A stretch of 64,000 nucleotides of DNA from Candidatus Iainarchaeum sp. (GTDB taxonomy: Archaea > Iainarchaeota > Iainarchaeia > Iainarchaeales > GCA-2688035), in the NCBI GenBank assembly GCA_017610205.1, contig JAFCCL010000001.1, forward strand, positions 90,805 to 154,804. The letters are read 5' to 3'. This document shows, one piece after another, positions 9,448 through 18,872 of the stretch (its first letter is position 1; the number at the start of each line of letters is the position of its first letter). Under the pieces are notes generated by a model. That model was not told where the DNA came from, searched no databases, and worked only from the letters and a program-made list of their open reading frames with translations. The position numbers and the translations under genes are program-made.

Positions 9448-10554
9448 TCATTTACTTACGCATTCTGCATAATTTTTTTCATACTCTTTTGTCTTTTTGC
9501 TCCAGTCAAAGCCTGAAGCAAACTCTTTTGCCTTACCTTCCAAAACCTTTTTCTCTGCAGCATTCATTGAAATTGATTTTGCAATCTGCACCGCTGCTTT
9601 TTCAGGTGTTTCAAAATTAATCAAAACACAACTTTCGCTTCTTTTGGAAAAATTTTCAAATACTGGGATTTTGTTAAGCAATGGAATAACTCCTGCAGCC
9701 ATTGCTTCAAGAACTGTTATTCCAAAACCCTCATATTTTGATGCGCTTGCAAAAAATCCTGTTATTGACAAAAGGTCTGCAAGTTTTTCATTGCTTACTT
9801 TGCCTGTAAACAAAACGTTTTTTTCAATTCCTAATTCTTTTACTTTTTCTTTTAGCTTTTGAGTTATTTCTTCATTGCCGCTTCCTGCAATTACAAGCCG
9901 TCCGATTCCGTTATTTTTTTTAAACTCTGCAAATGCAGAAACAAGGTTGAATAGTCCTTTGTTTTTTGCAATCCTTCCAAAGTATAGAATCATTCCTTTT
10001 TCAGGAACTCTTTTAATTTTTGAAAATTTTGCAAAATCAATTCCGTTTTCAACAAGCACTAGTTTTTTTCTTGCTTTTGAAAAAAGTTCTTTGTCCTGTT
10101 TGCTTACTGCCACGATTTTGTCAAACCTTTCTGACAAAAACATGTTCCAGAGTTTGAAATAAATTTTTTTAACAGCTATCATGTTTTTGGTGTGAAATAT
10201 TCCGCCATGCGTTGAAAGAACAAGTGGTTTTTTGTGCAAAAACTTTGTTATTGCAAGAAAATCTGCAAAAAACCCAAGCCCGTGCATGTGAACAATATCA
10301 AATTCTTTTAACCTACCTAATCCAAACGGGGCAATTTTGTAAAAGCCAAGGTTTAGAAAACCAATTCTTTCAACTTCTGCTTCAGGAAAGCTTTCTTTTG
10401 CTGCAAGCTTTTTGTTTCCTGCAGTGTATTTGTTAAGGCAAAGCACACTGCATTGGTTTCCATTATCTTTTAACCTGCGGCATAGTTCAAAAATTACTGT
10501 TTCAATTCCTCCAATACATGGTTTGTAATGGTGGTATACATGCAAAATTCTCAT
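9448..10554 (-). CDS. Glycosyltransferase family 4
   Basis: GGIE, GRIAKNKG, YEGFGITVLEAMAAG. Confidence 0.92.
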   Translation of the reverse strand: MRILHVYHHYKPCIGGIETVIFELCRRLKDNGNQCSVLCLNKYTAGNKKLAAKESFPEAEVERIGFLNLGFYKIAPFGLGRLKEFDIVHMHGLGFFADFLAITKFLHKKPLVLSTHGGIFHTKNMIAVKKIYFKLWNMFLSERFDKIVAVSKQDKELFSKARKKLVLVENGIDFAKFSKIKRVPEKGMILYFGRIAKNKGLFNLVSAFAEFKKNNGIGRLVIAGSGNEEITQKLKEKVKELGIEKNVLFTGKVSNEKLADLLSITGFFASASKYEGFGITVLEAMAAGVIPLLNKIPVFENFSKRSESCVLINFETPEKAAVQIAKSISMNAAEKKVLEGKAKEFASGFDWSKKTKEYEKNYAECVSK

Positions 10555-11525
10555 TTGCCAGTCACCTGCCTTATTGTTCCAAGTACAAATCCTGTGCTAA
10601 ACAATACTGTTCTTGGAATTGCAATAAATGGAAATACAATCCCTACTGCAAGGTCTTTTTTTGCTGCCCAAAAAGCAAATGGAATTCCTGTAAGAAAAAG
10701 CAATGCAAAAATTGTTGCCGTGTAAATCCACCCAAAGCCAAATAATGGCAGTGAAAGGCTTGCAATGAAAAGGCAGAAAAGTACAAGTTGGAGTTTAATT
10801 GTCTGGCTTGTGTAACTGTCTTTTATCATTTTGCCTTTGTGGCTTTTGTAAACTTTTGTTCTCCAAAATGCTCTGAAGAATTTTATTTTAAAATACTTGC
10901 GAAGGCTTGTTGGGTGGGTATGATAAACGTTTGCTTCCGGTCTGAAAACCATTTTGTATCCTGCTTCGTGAACTCTGAAGCTAAAATCAGTGTCTTCACC
11001 GCTTGCTATTGGAAAAGAGGTGTCAAAACCGCCGAGTTTTTCAAAAACGCTTTTTCTGTAAGCTGCGCTATAACTTCCTATAAAGTCAATAAATTTTTGT
11101 TTTGCCATTCTTGCATAGCTTGATTCAATTTCAAGCTGAATAAGTCTTGCAACAAGTTCTTTTTGTCTGCATTTATACGTTCCCTGCACTCCTGCTACTC
11201 CCTTATTGGAAAATGGCTTTAGCATTTCTTCAAGCCAGTTTTTTTTAGGTTCGCAGTCTGAATCAGTAAAAATAATTATTTCACCCCTTGCTTTTTTGGC
11301 TCCGTTGTTTCTTGCAAGTGCAGGTCCTGCATTTTTTTGCTGCAACAGCCTTACTTTTGAAAAGCTTTTGGCAATTTCGCTTGTTTTGTCAGAGCTTCCG
11401 TCGTCAACTACAATTATTTCAAACTCTTTGGAAAATATTTGTGCTTCAAGAGCTTTAACGCATTGCCTTATTGTTTTTTCCGCATTGAAAGCGGGGACTA
11501 TCACGCTTGCTATGATTTTTTCCAT
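10551..11525 (-). CDS. Glycosyltransferase family 2 with C-terminal membrane helices
   Basis: SVIVPAFN, DDGSSD, FTDSDC, GEDTD, hydrophobic C-terminus. Confidence 0.92.
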   Translation of the reverse strand: MEKIIASVIVPAFNAEKTIRQCVKALEAQIFSKEFEIIVVDDGSSDKTSEIAKSFSKVRLLQQKNAGPALARNNGAKKARGEIIIFTDSDCEPKKNWLEEMLKPFSNKGVAGVQGTYKCRQKELVARLIQLEIESSYARMAKQKFIDFIGSYSAAYRKSVFEKLGGFDTSFPIASGEDTDFSFRVHEAGYKMVFRPEANVYHTHPTSLRKYFKIKFFRAFWRTKVYKSHKGKMIKDSYTSQTIKLQLVLFCLFIASLSLPLFGFGWIYTATIFALLFLTGIPFAFWAAKKDLAVGIVFPFIAIPRTVLFSTGFVLGTIRQVTGK

Positions 11526-11548
11526 AAAAAAACCATCTTTTTGCCTGT

Positions 11549-12484
11549 TTAGGTATCTGCAAACAGGTGATATACTCCGTGGTGGAATTTGTCTTCCGCA
11601 ATCATTTCGTCAATAGTTCTTTCAAATCTTCCCTGTTCTGAAAGAACATTTTTTGAAAGGATTTTTTTAGAAAATTTTAGTATATCCATTGATTCCCAAA
11701 CCACCAGGCATTTGCGAACGCCGTGTTTTTTCAAAAGCCTGTAAAACTCCTTTGTTTTTTCCACTCCCAAAAAATCACAATGTACTTCAATAAACAGCTG
11801 AAGATGTCCTGTTTCCTTAAAAGTTTTTTTCATTCCTTTCAGTATCTCAAATTCGTATCCTTCAACATCCATTCTTACAATATCTGGAAGCCGTTTGTCT
11901 TTGAGAAAAGAATCAAGGGTAGTAACTTCAACAGGAACTGTTTCCCCTGTTTGATCCAAATCAATATTTTTGCAAAAGGTTGACAGGTTTGATTGCTTTG
12001 AAACAAAAATATCCTGCTTTCCGTTCTTGTCTCCAACAGCTTTGTTAAAAACCTCAATGTTTTTGTAATTATTTGCATCAATGTTTTTCTTCAGCAACTC
12101 AACATTTCCAATAATTGGTTCTATTGCGTAAACTTTTCCTTTTGGGCCAACAGCCTTTGCTTCCATTAGCACATAATAGCCAATGTTTGCTCCAATGTCG
12201 GCAATAACCTGTCCTGATTTCAGCCTTTTCTGGAATTCAACTGTTGCATGAGCTTCTCGTATTCCATTAAGGTATAATTCTGATGAAAGCCCTTTGTCGT
12301 CTCTTATGTTAAGAAATATTTTGCTTCCCTGCACGTCTTTTAAGACAAAATCCTCTCTATGTCTCATTTTTGCAATTGCCATTTTTATTCCTGTAACACC
12401 TCGGTCAGCTTTTATTAGCATAATTTTTATTCCTCGTTGAATAAAAGTTGCAGGGCTGTCTTCTAAAAGTCTACTCCAATTCAA
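11549..12484 (-). CDS. FkbM family methyltransferase
   Basis: DIGANIGYY, YAIEP, RMDVEGYEFEILKG, FIEVH. Confidence 0.92.
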   Translation of the reverse strand: MNWSRLLEDSPATFIQRGIKIMLIKADRGVTGIKMAIAKMRHREDFVLKDVQGSKIFLNIRDDKGLSSELYLNGIREAHATVEFQKRLKSGQVIADIGANIGYYVLMEAKAVGPKGKVYAIEPIIGNVELLKKNIDANNYKNIEVFNKAVGDKNGKQDIFVSKQSNLSTFCKNIDLDQTGETVPVEVTTLDSFLKDKRLPDIVRMDVEGYEFEILKGMKKTFKETGHLQLFIEVHCDFLGVEKTKEFYRLLKKHGVRKCLVVWESMDILKFSKKILSKNVLSEQGRFERTIDEMIAEDKFHHGVYHLFADT

Positions 12485-13950
12485 TCTTCTCTCCTCCTCT
12501 TTGATTTTACAACATACTTTATAAATGTCTTTCCTCCCTTCACTAATCTTGGTATTTCGCTTGGTTGTGTGACTGCCTGCAGTGCTTTTCCCATCATATA
12601 ACTTGGTCTGAAATAAAATTCTTTTCTTGCTCTGTCACACCATTCAACCATTTCCTTGTTTGATAGTTCGGGCATTGACACCATGCAATTATGCCACCCG
12701 TTTTCGTCAATCCACTGCCTAAAATCTTCTGATACAAGATGTCCTTTTTTTCTAAAATGTTCGTATGAAGCTGTTCCTGGATAAACCATAATTGGAAAAA
12801 ATTGTGCTGAATCTGGGTTTAGTCTTTTTGCAAGTTCAATTGTTGCCCTGATTGTTTCTTTATTGTCCCCTGGGTTTCCAACCATAAAACACCCGTGTAC
12901 AAGAACACCTGCTTTTTTTGCATCTTTTATAAATTGTTCCATTTTTGGAACAATTGTTCCTTTTGAAACATTGTTTAAAATTTCCTGGCTTCCTGATTCA
13001 AATCCAACACACAAAAGCCTGCAGCTAGCTTTTTTCATAAGTTTTAATGTTTCCAATGGCACATCAGCCCTTGCATTGCAGCTCCACTTTACTTTTATTC
13101 CTGCTTTTATTTTTTCTTTGCAAAAATTGTCAACTCTTTTGTGGTCTGCAGTAAAGGTGTCGTCTTCAAGGAAAACCTCTTTTATTCCTGGAAAGCTTTT
13201 CACAATAAATTCAAATTCTTTTATTACATTTGCAATGCTTCTTTTTCTGTAAGGACCTGGGTTAAGGTTCTGCACCCAGTTGCAAAACTTGCAGTTAAAA
13301 GGGCATCCTCTGCCTGTAACAATTGCAACCTCTGGATAAAGATTGGCACTATAAAAATAATCCTTATAATTCAAATGCTTTTTGTAAACCCTGCTGACAA
13401 AAGGCAGTTTGTCAAGGTTTTTTATTTTTTCCCTTAACTTGTTTTTTACAATTTTTGCACCTTGTTTAAATGCAATTCCTTTAACCTTTGCAAGCTTTGG
13501 CTTTTTCTTCTCCAGTTCTTTTGCCAACGCCCTTAAAGTGTAATCGTATTCCTGCATGCACACTGCATCAATTGCTTTGCTCATCTTCATTGTTTCAACA
13601 GGCAAAGCACTTACGTGTGTGCCAACCAATACTCCAAAGCACCTGTGGGCTTTCTTTACCTTTCGCAAAACTTCGACATCATTGTGGATGCTTGCAGTGC
13701 TTGTATCCAACACCACCATGTCTGGTTTAAATTTTCTTACAATTGCAAGCACTTTCTTTTCGCTTAAAGGAATGGCTGGTGCGTCAACAAGCTTTACTTC
13801 GTGTCCTGCTTTTTCCAAAACGCCTGTGGCATATGCAAGCCACATTGGATAATAGATTGTTCCGCCTTTTGTAACGGCAGGCGACCTGCTGCTCCTGCTA
13901 TACTTTGGAAAGAACGGGGGATTTAACATTAAAATTCGCATGAAATTCAC
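12481..13950 (-). CDS. Cobalamin-binding radical SAM protein (HpnJ-like clade)
   Basis: LNPPF..YSRSSRSPAVTKGGTIYYPMWLAYA N-terminus, GRGCPFNCKFC, EDDTF, VGFESG, YPGT. Confidence 0.9.
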   Translation of the reverse strand: MNFMRILMLNPPFFPKYSRSSRSPAVTKGGTIYYPMWLAYATGVLEKAGHEVKLVDAPAIPLSEKKVLAIVRKFKPDMVVLDTSTASIHNDVEVLRKVKKAHRCFGVLVGTHVSALPVETMKMSKAIDAVCMQEYDYTLRALAKELEKKKPKLAKVKGIAFKQGAKIVKNKLREKIKNLDKLPFVSRVYKKHLNYKDYFYSANLYPEVAIVTGRGCPFNCKFCNWVQNLNPGPYRKRSIANVIKEFEFIVKSFPGIKEVFLEDDTFTADHKRVDNFCKEKIKAGIKVKWSCNARADVPLETLKLMKKASCRLLCVGFESGSQEILNNVSKGTIVPKMEQFIKDAKKAGVLVHGCFMVGNPGDNKETIRATIELAKRLNPDSAQFFPIMVYPGTASYEHFRKKGHLVSEDFRQWIDENGWHNCMVSMPELSNKEMVEWCDRARKEFYFRPSYMMGKALQAVTQPSEIPRLVKGGKTFIKYVVKSKRRRED

Positions 13951-14684
13951 TTTTCTTTTTTGCTTAGTTTCTTGGTTTCCAAATTTGCATTCAAAAGGTC
14001 TTCAAAGTCTCCTGCGTCAAGCCAGTTGCCTTTGAGTTTTGCTGCTGAAAGTTTTCCTTTTTCAAGGAAATGCCTTTGCACGTCGGTTATTTCTGTTTCG
14101 CCTCTTGCACTTGGCTTTATTCCCCTAATTGCTTTGAACACGCTTGGATTCATAAAATATATTCCAATAATTATGTTGTTGCTTGTGGGCTTTGCAGGCT
14201 TTTCAATTACTTGAGTAACTTTTTCTCCTTCAACATCTGCAACCCCGCTTTTTTTTGCCTCTTCTGTTGTTCCTTCGTACAAAAGAATCTGCATTTCTGA
14301 ATCTCCTTTTTCAAATTGTTCTGCAAATGGTTTCAGGCTTTCAAAAACAATGTTGTCTCCATTAATTGAAATAAATTTATCGTCTCCGACAAAATCCTCT
14401 GCCAAAGAAATTGCGCTTGGAATTCCTCCTGCTTCATCCTGAACCCTGTAAGTGAATTTTACTCCAAAATCCTTTCCTGAACCCAAATGTGAAAAAATGT
14501 CTCCTGCATGGTATGTTCCTGTAATAATCAGAATATCTTTTACTCCTGCACTTTTAAGCATTTCAATCGGGTAATAAATCATTGGCTTGTTGTAAACAGG
14601 CAAAAGATGTTTATTTGTTGTAAGAGTCAAGGGGCGTAAACGAGATCCTGTCCCTCCAGCAAGAATTACTCCTCTAAGTGTCAT
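13947..14684 (-). CDS. rmlA: Glucose-1-phosphate thymidylyltransferase (short form)
   Basis: GVILAGGTGSRLRPLT..NKHLLPVYNKPMIYY, EKP, RGETEITD, WLDAG; near rmlB. Confidence 0.88.
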   Translation of the reverse strand: MTLRGVILAGGTGSRLRPLTLTTNKHLLPVYNKPMIYYPIEMLKSAGVKDILIITGTYHAGDIFSHLGSGKDFGVKFTYRVQDEAGGIPSAISLAEDFVGDDKFISINGDNIVFESLKPFAEQFEKGDSEMQILLYEGTTEEAKKSGVADVEGEKVTQVIEKPAKPTSNNIIIGIYFMNPSVFKAIRGIKPSARGETEITDVQRHFLEKGKLSAAKLKGNWLDAGDFEDLLNANLETKKLSKKEK

Positions 14685-15529
14685 TAACTTAACCTCCTTT
14701 TTATTTCAAGATATTTTGTATATTTTCTATCTAAATAATATGAGGGGTTTGAATAAAGCCAATCAAAAATTTTGATTGCTTGAAATCTTCCCCTATATCT
14801 TAGAGCAAAGTGATTAGTTAGTTTTGTATTTCTTGTTAATTTAGTCTTTCTTAACTCTAAATATTTCATCAATTGTAATTGAATTCCTGTTAAAAGTTCT
14901 TTTGTTCCAACTATCTGAAAACATGGTGATTGTGTTTTTTCATCAAACAAAAGACTTCCGTCTCCTTCAAATATCCCTTGAATAAAATTTTTTATGATTT
15001 TTTCATTATAGGTTTCTTTAATTAATTTAGGAAATTTAATTTTAAGACTTTTATTTTTGACTATGCCATACTCTTTAAGTTTGCTTACAATTTTTTTACT
15101 TGTTATCTTTAGATGCATTTGTTCATATTCTTTACCTGTTTTTTCAAGTTTTACCGTTACCTCATAAACAGGCCCATTGTATTTGAGTAACTTTTTTATT
15201 TTTTGAATTATATCTGAATCTTTTTTTGATACTTTTATACCAACGCTTATTGCATTGCCACATTTATTAACAAATCCATTGCTTGCAAGCCAACCTAATA
15301 TCCATGCATTTAAGGGATTTAACTCTTCAAAAAAATTATCGTTCACCGAATACTTTCGCTTATGAATTTTCCATGTTTTTTCTTTAGCCTTTAAACCATA
15401 CTTTTTCATTCTATGACTTATAACCCATTGAGAGGTTCCCAATTCGCTGGCTATATCTTGTTGAGATTTATTTTTCTCAAAATATTCTTGTTCAATAAAT
15501 TCTTTGCTGATATCATATTTTTTAGGCAT
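14684..15529 (-). CDS. Free-standing two-motif LAGLIDADG endonuclease-family protein with N-terminal HTH
   Basis: HTH (SQQDIASELGTSQWVISHRMKKYGL), motif 1 AWILGWLASNG, motif 2 FIQGIFEGDGS, FQIVGT, LDRKY. Start placed at ATG 15529, behind a TTTAAA TATA-like box; the frame is open to 15628. Confidence 0.85.
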   Translation of the reverse strand: MPKKYDISKEFIEQEYFEKNKSQQDIASELGTSQWVISHRMKKYGLKAKEKTWKIHKRKYSVNDNFFEELNPLNAWILGWLASNGFVNKCGNAISVGIKVSKKDSDIIQKIKKLLKYNGPVYEVTVKLEKTGKEYEQMHLKITSKKIVSKLKEYGIVKNKSLKIKFPKLIKETYNEKIIKNFIQGIFEGDGSLLFDEKTQSPCFQIVGTKELLTGIQLQLMKYLELRKTKLTRNTKLTNHFALRYRGRFQAIKIFDWLYSNPSYYLDRKYTKYLEIKRRLS

Positions 15530-15618
15530 GTAATAATCAAAGTTTATCCCTTTAAAGACGCTTTCTAAAGAGTAGGTTTCCGGTGATTTGTTGTCTCCTT
15601 CTTCTACAAATAATTGAT

Positions 15619-15927
15619 TCAATACCATAAAATTGATCGCCTCTTAGTGGTTCTAAAGTATATTGCAAAAAAAGTACCGAGAATTGAAACGAAAACAAAT
15701 CCTTGCAAAAATTGAATAGCCCAGTGTGGATAAACATAAGTTGCATTTACTAAGAAATAATTTGAATTAATTAGATCAAGAATGAAAAAAAAAGAAAGTC
15801 CAATTAAACACAATCCAACGACTGCTAAAGTTTTTTTTGGGTCCGTCCATGTATACTCAATTGCTTTTACAAATAACTGTTTAATAATAATTATTTTTTC
15901 GTTTGAGATTATTTTTTCGCCCTTCAT
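15619..15927 (-). CDS. Hypothetical small membrane protein (2 TM)
   Basis: 102 aa, two hydrophobic segments, GAGGGG upstream. Confidence 0.55.
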   Translation of the reverse strand: MKGEKIISNEKIIIIKQLFVKAIEYTWTDPKKTLAVVGLCLIGLSFFFILDLINSNYFLVNATYVYPHWAIQFLQGFVFVSILGTFFAIYFRTTKRRSILWY

Positions 15928-16071
15928 TTGTACAAATTCCCCTCTTTTTTTAGAAAAAAATTGGTCTGCAATTTATAGTATATATTGTATTTATTTCCTC
16001 CAAACCTTCATTATAAAGGCTTTGGTACAGTTTTGGAAAACGACCTTAATTAACAAAAAAGAGCCACAATT

Positions 16072-17037
16072 TCAAGTTTGCTTGATTAAAGGCTTCCACC
16101 AGGCTTCGTTTTTTTTGTACCATTCAACTGTTTCTTTCAAACCTTTTTTGAAATCTGTTTCGGCTTTCCAGCTCAATTCCTTTTCAATTTTTGAACAGTC
16201 GAGGCTGTAGCGCAGGTCGTGTCCCAACCTGTCCTTAACTTTTTCAATCATTTCGTCGCCCTTGCCTAATTCTGCAAGAATCATTTTTGTAAGCTCGATA
16301 TTCTGCAACTCGTTTCCGCCGCCAATGTTGTAAACTTCTCCAATCTTTCCCTTTTCAAGTACTGTATCAATTCCGCTGCAGTTGTCTAAAACAAAAAGCC
16401 AGTCACGAACATTCTTTCCCTCTCCATACAATGGAACTTTTTTGCCTGTAATGATGTTTGTTACAAAAAGCGGAACAATTTTTTCAGGAAACTGGAAAGG
16501 ACCATAATTATTGCTGCTTCTTGTTACAAGAACAGGCAATCCATAGGTTGTAAAATAGCTCATTGCAAGAAGTTTGCCTCCTGCCTTTGCTGCACTGTAA
16601 GGGTTTCTTGGGTTTAGCTTGTCTGTTTCCTTAAAGCTTCCTTCTGCAATTTGCCCATAGACTTCGTCTGTTGAAATCTGAATAAATTTTTTAACATCCT
16701 GTTTTCTTGCCTGTTCGCACAAAACTTTTACTCCAAAAAAATTTGTCCTTGCAAATGCATCCGAATCCTCAATTGACCTGTCAACATGGCTTTCTGCAGC
16801 AAAATTTATTACTGTTTCACATCCTTCCATTGCTTTTTTCACATCGCTAGGATTGCAAATGTCTCCTTTGAAAAACGTGTAATTTGTGTTGTTTTCAATG
16901 TCCTGAAGGCTTTCCTTTCTGCCTGCGTAAGTAAGCTTGTCAAGGTTTACAATTTGGTCTTCTGGAAATTTTTCAAGGCGTTGCCTGATATAATTACTTC
17001 CAATAAAGCCACAACCTCCTGTTACAAGAATCTTCAT
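16072..17037 (-). CDS. rmlB: dTDP-glucose 4,6-dehydratase
   Basis: ILVTGGCGFIGSN, DKLTYAG, FAAESHVDRSI, STDEVYG, YSAAK, NNYGP.QFPEK, DRLGHDLRY. Start set at ATG 17037 after the GGTGG SD. Confidence 0.95.
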   Translation of the reverse strand: MKILVTGGCGFIGSNYIRQRLEKFPEDQIVNLDKLTYAGRKESLQDIENNTNYTFFKGDICNPSDVKKAMEGCETVINFAAESHVDRSIEDSDAFARTNFFGVKVLCEQARKQDVKKFIQISTDEVYGQIAEGSFKETDKLNPRNPYSAAKAGGKLLAMSYFTTYGLPVLVTRSSNNYGPFQFPEKIVPLFVTNIITGKKVPLYGEGKNVRDWLFVLDNCSGIDTVLEKGKIGEVYNIGGGNELQNIELTKMILAELGKGDEMIEKVKDRLGHDLRYSLDCSKIEKELSWKAETDFKKGLKETVEWYKKNEAWWKPLIKQT

Positions 17038-17116
17038 AAATTCCACCAATTCCTTTTATCAATAACTCCTGTTAATTTTTTTGTCAATAAATTCCACTAA
17101 TTCCTTTTATCAATAA
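17036..17116. repeat. 30-bp direct repeat (17036-17065 and 17087-17116, 1 mismatch) duplicating the rmlB ribosome-binding region
   Basis: ataaattccac(c/t)aattccttttatcaataa occurs twice, 51 bp apart. Confidence 0.9.
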
Positions 17117-17139
17117 TTGCATGAAATTTATATATATCG

Positions 17140-17201
17140 TTTGGTGCAATCCTCAAAGCCAGGCCGCCTGCAAAGGTTTTAAAACATCTCTTGAATTATT
17201 T
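17140..17201 (+). promoter_or_regulatory. 62-bp conserved element, copy 1 (back-to-back BRE-like sites, TATA and a CAGG..GCCTG inverted repeat)
   Basis: 58/62 identical to 18775-18836. Contains GTTTTAAAAC about 50 nt before the ATG. Confidence 0.75.
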
Positions 17202-17235
17202 CTCATATACTTATTAACTCAGGATTTGTTTGAAT

Positions 17236-18750
17236 ATGCAAAAAAAGCAAAAAGTTGTACTTTTTTTACCAAAAGCAAGAAAGCACACATTTCACGGAAC
17301 TTTGCCTGTTGCCTTGCTTAAACTTGCTTCAATGGTTGACAGAAAAAAGTTTGATTTGGATTTAATTATTGCAAAACCAAATGTAGATTATGAAAAGCAG
17401 GTGGTTGAAGCATCCAAGGGTGCTATGTGTGTTTGTTTAAGTGTTCTGACTGGTAATGATATTACTAATGCATTGACGATTACAAAAAAAATCAGAGTTG
17501 TTTCAAAGGCTACTGTTGTTTGGGGTGGCTGGCATGCAAGTATTTTTCCAGAGCAAACTCTTGAGAATCAATATGTTGACATTGTAATCAGGGGACAGGG
17601 GGAAAGAACTTTTCAAAAGCTAATTGAACGTCTTGCTGAAAAGAAAAGCCTAAAAGGATTACTTGGTGTTTCCTACAAAGAAGGGGGAAAAATTAAGCGC
17701 AATGAAGACCGGCCTTTTGAGGACATAAACAATTTTCCGCCAATTTCCTACAATTTAGTTAATTTAGAAGATTATATTTCAACCTTTAATGGAATGCGTG
17801 GCATGGTTAGTTTTACCAGCCAGGGCTGTCCTTTCAACTGCAAATTCTGTGCAGAGCCATTGGTTTACAAACAGCAATATTCTGCGCTTTCAAATGACAG
17901 GATTCTTGACGAATGGGAATTTTTTGTTAAGGAACATAATATTAAGTTTGTTGGAATTACTGACGACAATTTTTTTGTTAATGAAGCAAAAATAATTGAC
18001 TTTTGTCAAAAGCTTCTTAAAAGAAAGCTTGGAGTAAAATGGGGCAAGGCTTGTGGAAGGGTTAGACAAATGCTTGCGTTCAAAGACAGCACTTGGCAGC
18101 TTATTGCCGATGCAGGTTGTATGGATATTGAAATTGGAGACGAAAGTGGAATTCAGAGCACTCTTGATTTTATTAACAAACAGTTGTCTGTTGAAGAAAT
18201 TGTGGAATTTACAAATAAATGCAGAAAGTATGGTTTTGAGGTAATGCACAATTGGCTTTATGGAATTCCTTTGCCTCAGTTCAAAACAATGAACAAAAAG
18301 GAAATTAATGCCTGGATTTGGAAAGAGTGGCTTGCAATGTTTGATGTAATGGATAAATGCCACCACAAATACAAGGATTATGATGAAGTTAGAGTTTGTC
18401 CATACTATCCCTATCCTGGAAATCCACTCTTTGACCTGTCATGCGAGCTTGGGTTCAAACCGCCAACAAAGCTTGAAAACTGGGCTAACCTCAAACCAGC
18501 TATATGGCTTGATGACTCCTGGAATGACAAGCGAAGAATGCTTTTGCATTTTATTTTTCCATATGCATCGGATTTTTATGCTGAAAGGCACATGAAAAAA
18601 TTTAGGCTGGTTCAAAGATTTTTCCACGAAACAGCAAAGTTTAGGTGGAAGTACAGATATTTTGGATTTCCATTAGACTACAGGTTGTATGAGTTTTACA
18701 CCAATTTCAGAATGAAAATCACAGGCGTTTCTGCAACTGAGCACGATTAA
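17236..18750 (+). CDS. Cobalamin-binding radical SAM protein (class B methyltransferase-like), paralog 1
   Basis: VVWGGWHAS, IRGQGE, SQGCPFNCKFC, DDNFF, GDESG, PYPG. Confidence 0.9.
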   Translation: MQKKQKVVLFLPKARKHTFHGTLPVALLKLASMVDRKKFDLDLIIAKPNVDYEKQVVEASKGAMCVCLSVLTGNDITNALTITKKIRVVSKATVVWGGWHASIFPEQTLENQYVDIVIRGQGERTFQKLIERLAEKKSLKGLLGVSYKEGGKIKRNEDRPFEDINNFPPISYNLVNLEDYISTFNGMRGMVSFTSQGCPFNCKFCAEPLVYKQQYSALSNDRILDEWEFFVKEHNIKFVGITDDNFFVNEAKIIDFCQKLLKRKLGVKWGKACGRVRQMLAFKDSTWQLIADAGCMDIEIGDESGIQSTLDFINKQLSVEEIVEFTNKCRKYGFEVMHNWLYGIPLPQFKTMNKKEINAWIWKEWLAMFDVMDKCHHKYKDYDEVRVCPYYPYPGNPLFDLSCELGFKPPTKLENWANLKPAIWLDDSWNDKRRMLLHFIFPYASDFYAERHMKKFRLVQRFFHETAKFRWKYRYFGFPLDYRLYEFYTNFRMKITGVSATEHD

Positions 18751-18774
18751 AACAAAGTTGTTTTATCTTAAGAC

Positions 18775-18836
18775 TTTGGTGCAATTCTCAAAGCCAGGTT
18801 GCCTGCAAAGGTTTTAAAACATCTCTTGGATTATTT
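18775..18836 (+). promoter_or_regulatory. 62-bp conserved element, copy 2
   Basis: tttggtgcaattctcaaagccaggttgcctgcaaaggttttaaaacatctcttggattattt. Confidence 0.75.
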
Positions 18837-18872
18837 ATGCTATTGAATCACTTTTTTTTGGGTTTGACTAAT

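Larger units (their letters stand above)
14684..16071 (-). mobile_element. Putative homing-endonuclease cassette (small membrane ORF plus LAGLIDADG) inserted between rmlB and rmlA
   Basis: Separates two normally adjacent genes, looks more AT-rich than its flanks, and carries its own promoter-like sites. Boundaries are approximate. Confidence 0.55.

Noticed and set aside
12481-13950. Hopanoid biosynthesis (HpnJ)
   Set aside because: Family resemblance only; no squalene-hopene cyclase or other hpn genes here, and the context is sugar metabolism in an archaeon.
13947-17037. Intein or intron carrying the LAGLIDADG domain
   Set aside because: rmlA and rmlB are each complete ORFs; no Cys/Ser...His-Asn splice motifs or split exon were seen.
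17140-17201. Cobalamin or SAM riboswitch upstream of the radical SAM genes
   Set aside because: Too short, no recognisable B12-box, and it contains the TATA box, so it lies mostly upstream of the probable transcription start.
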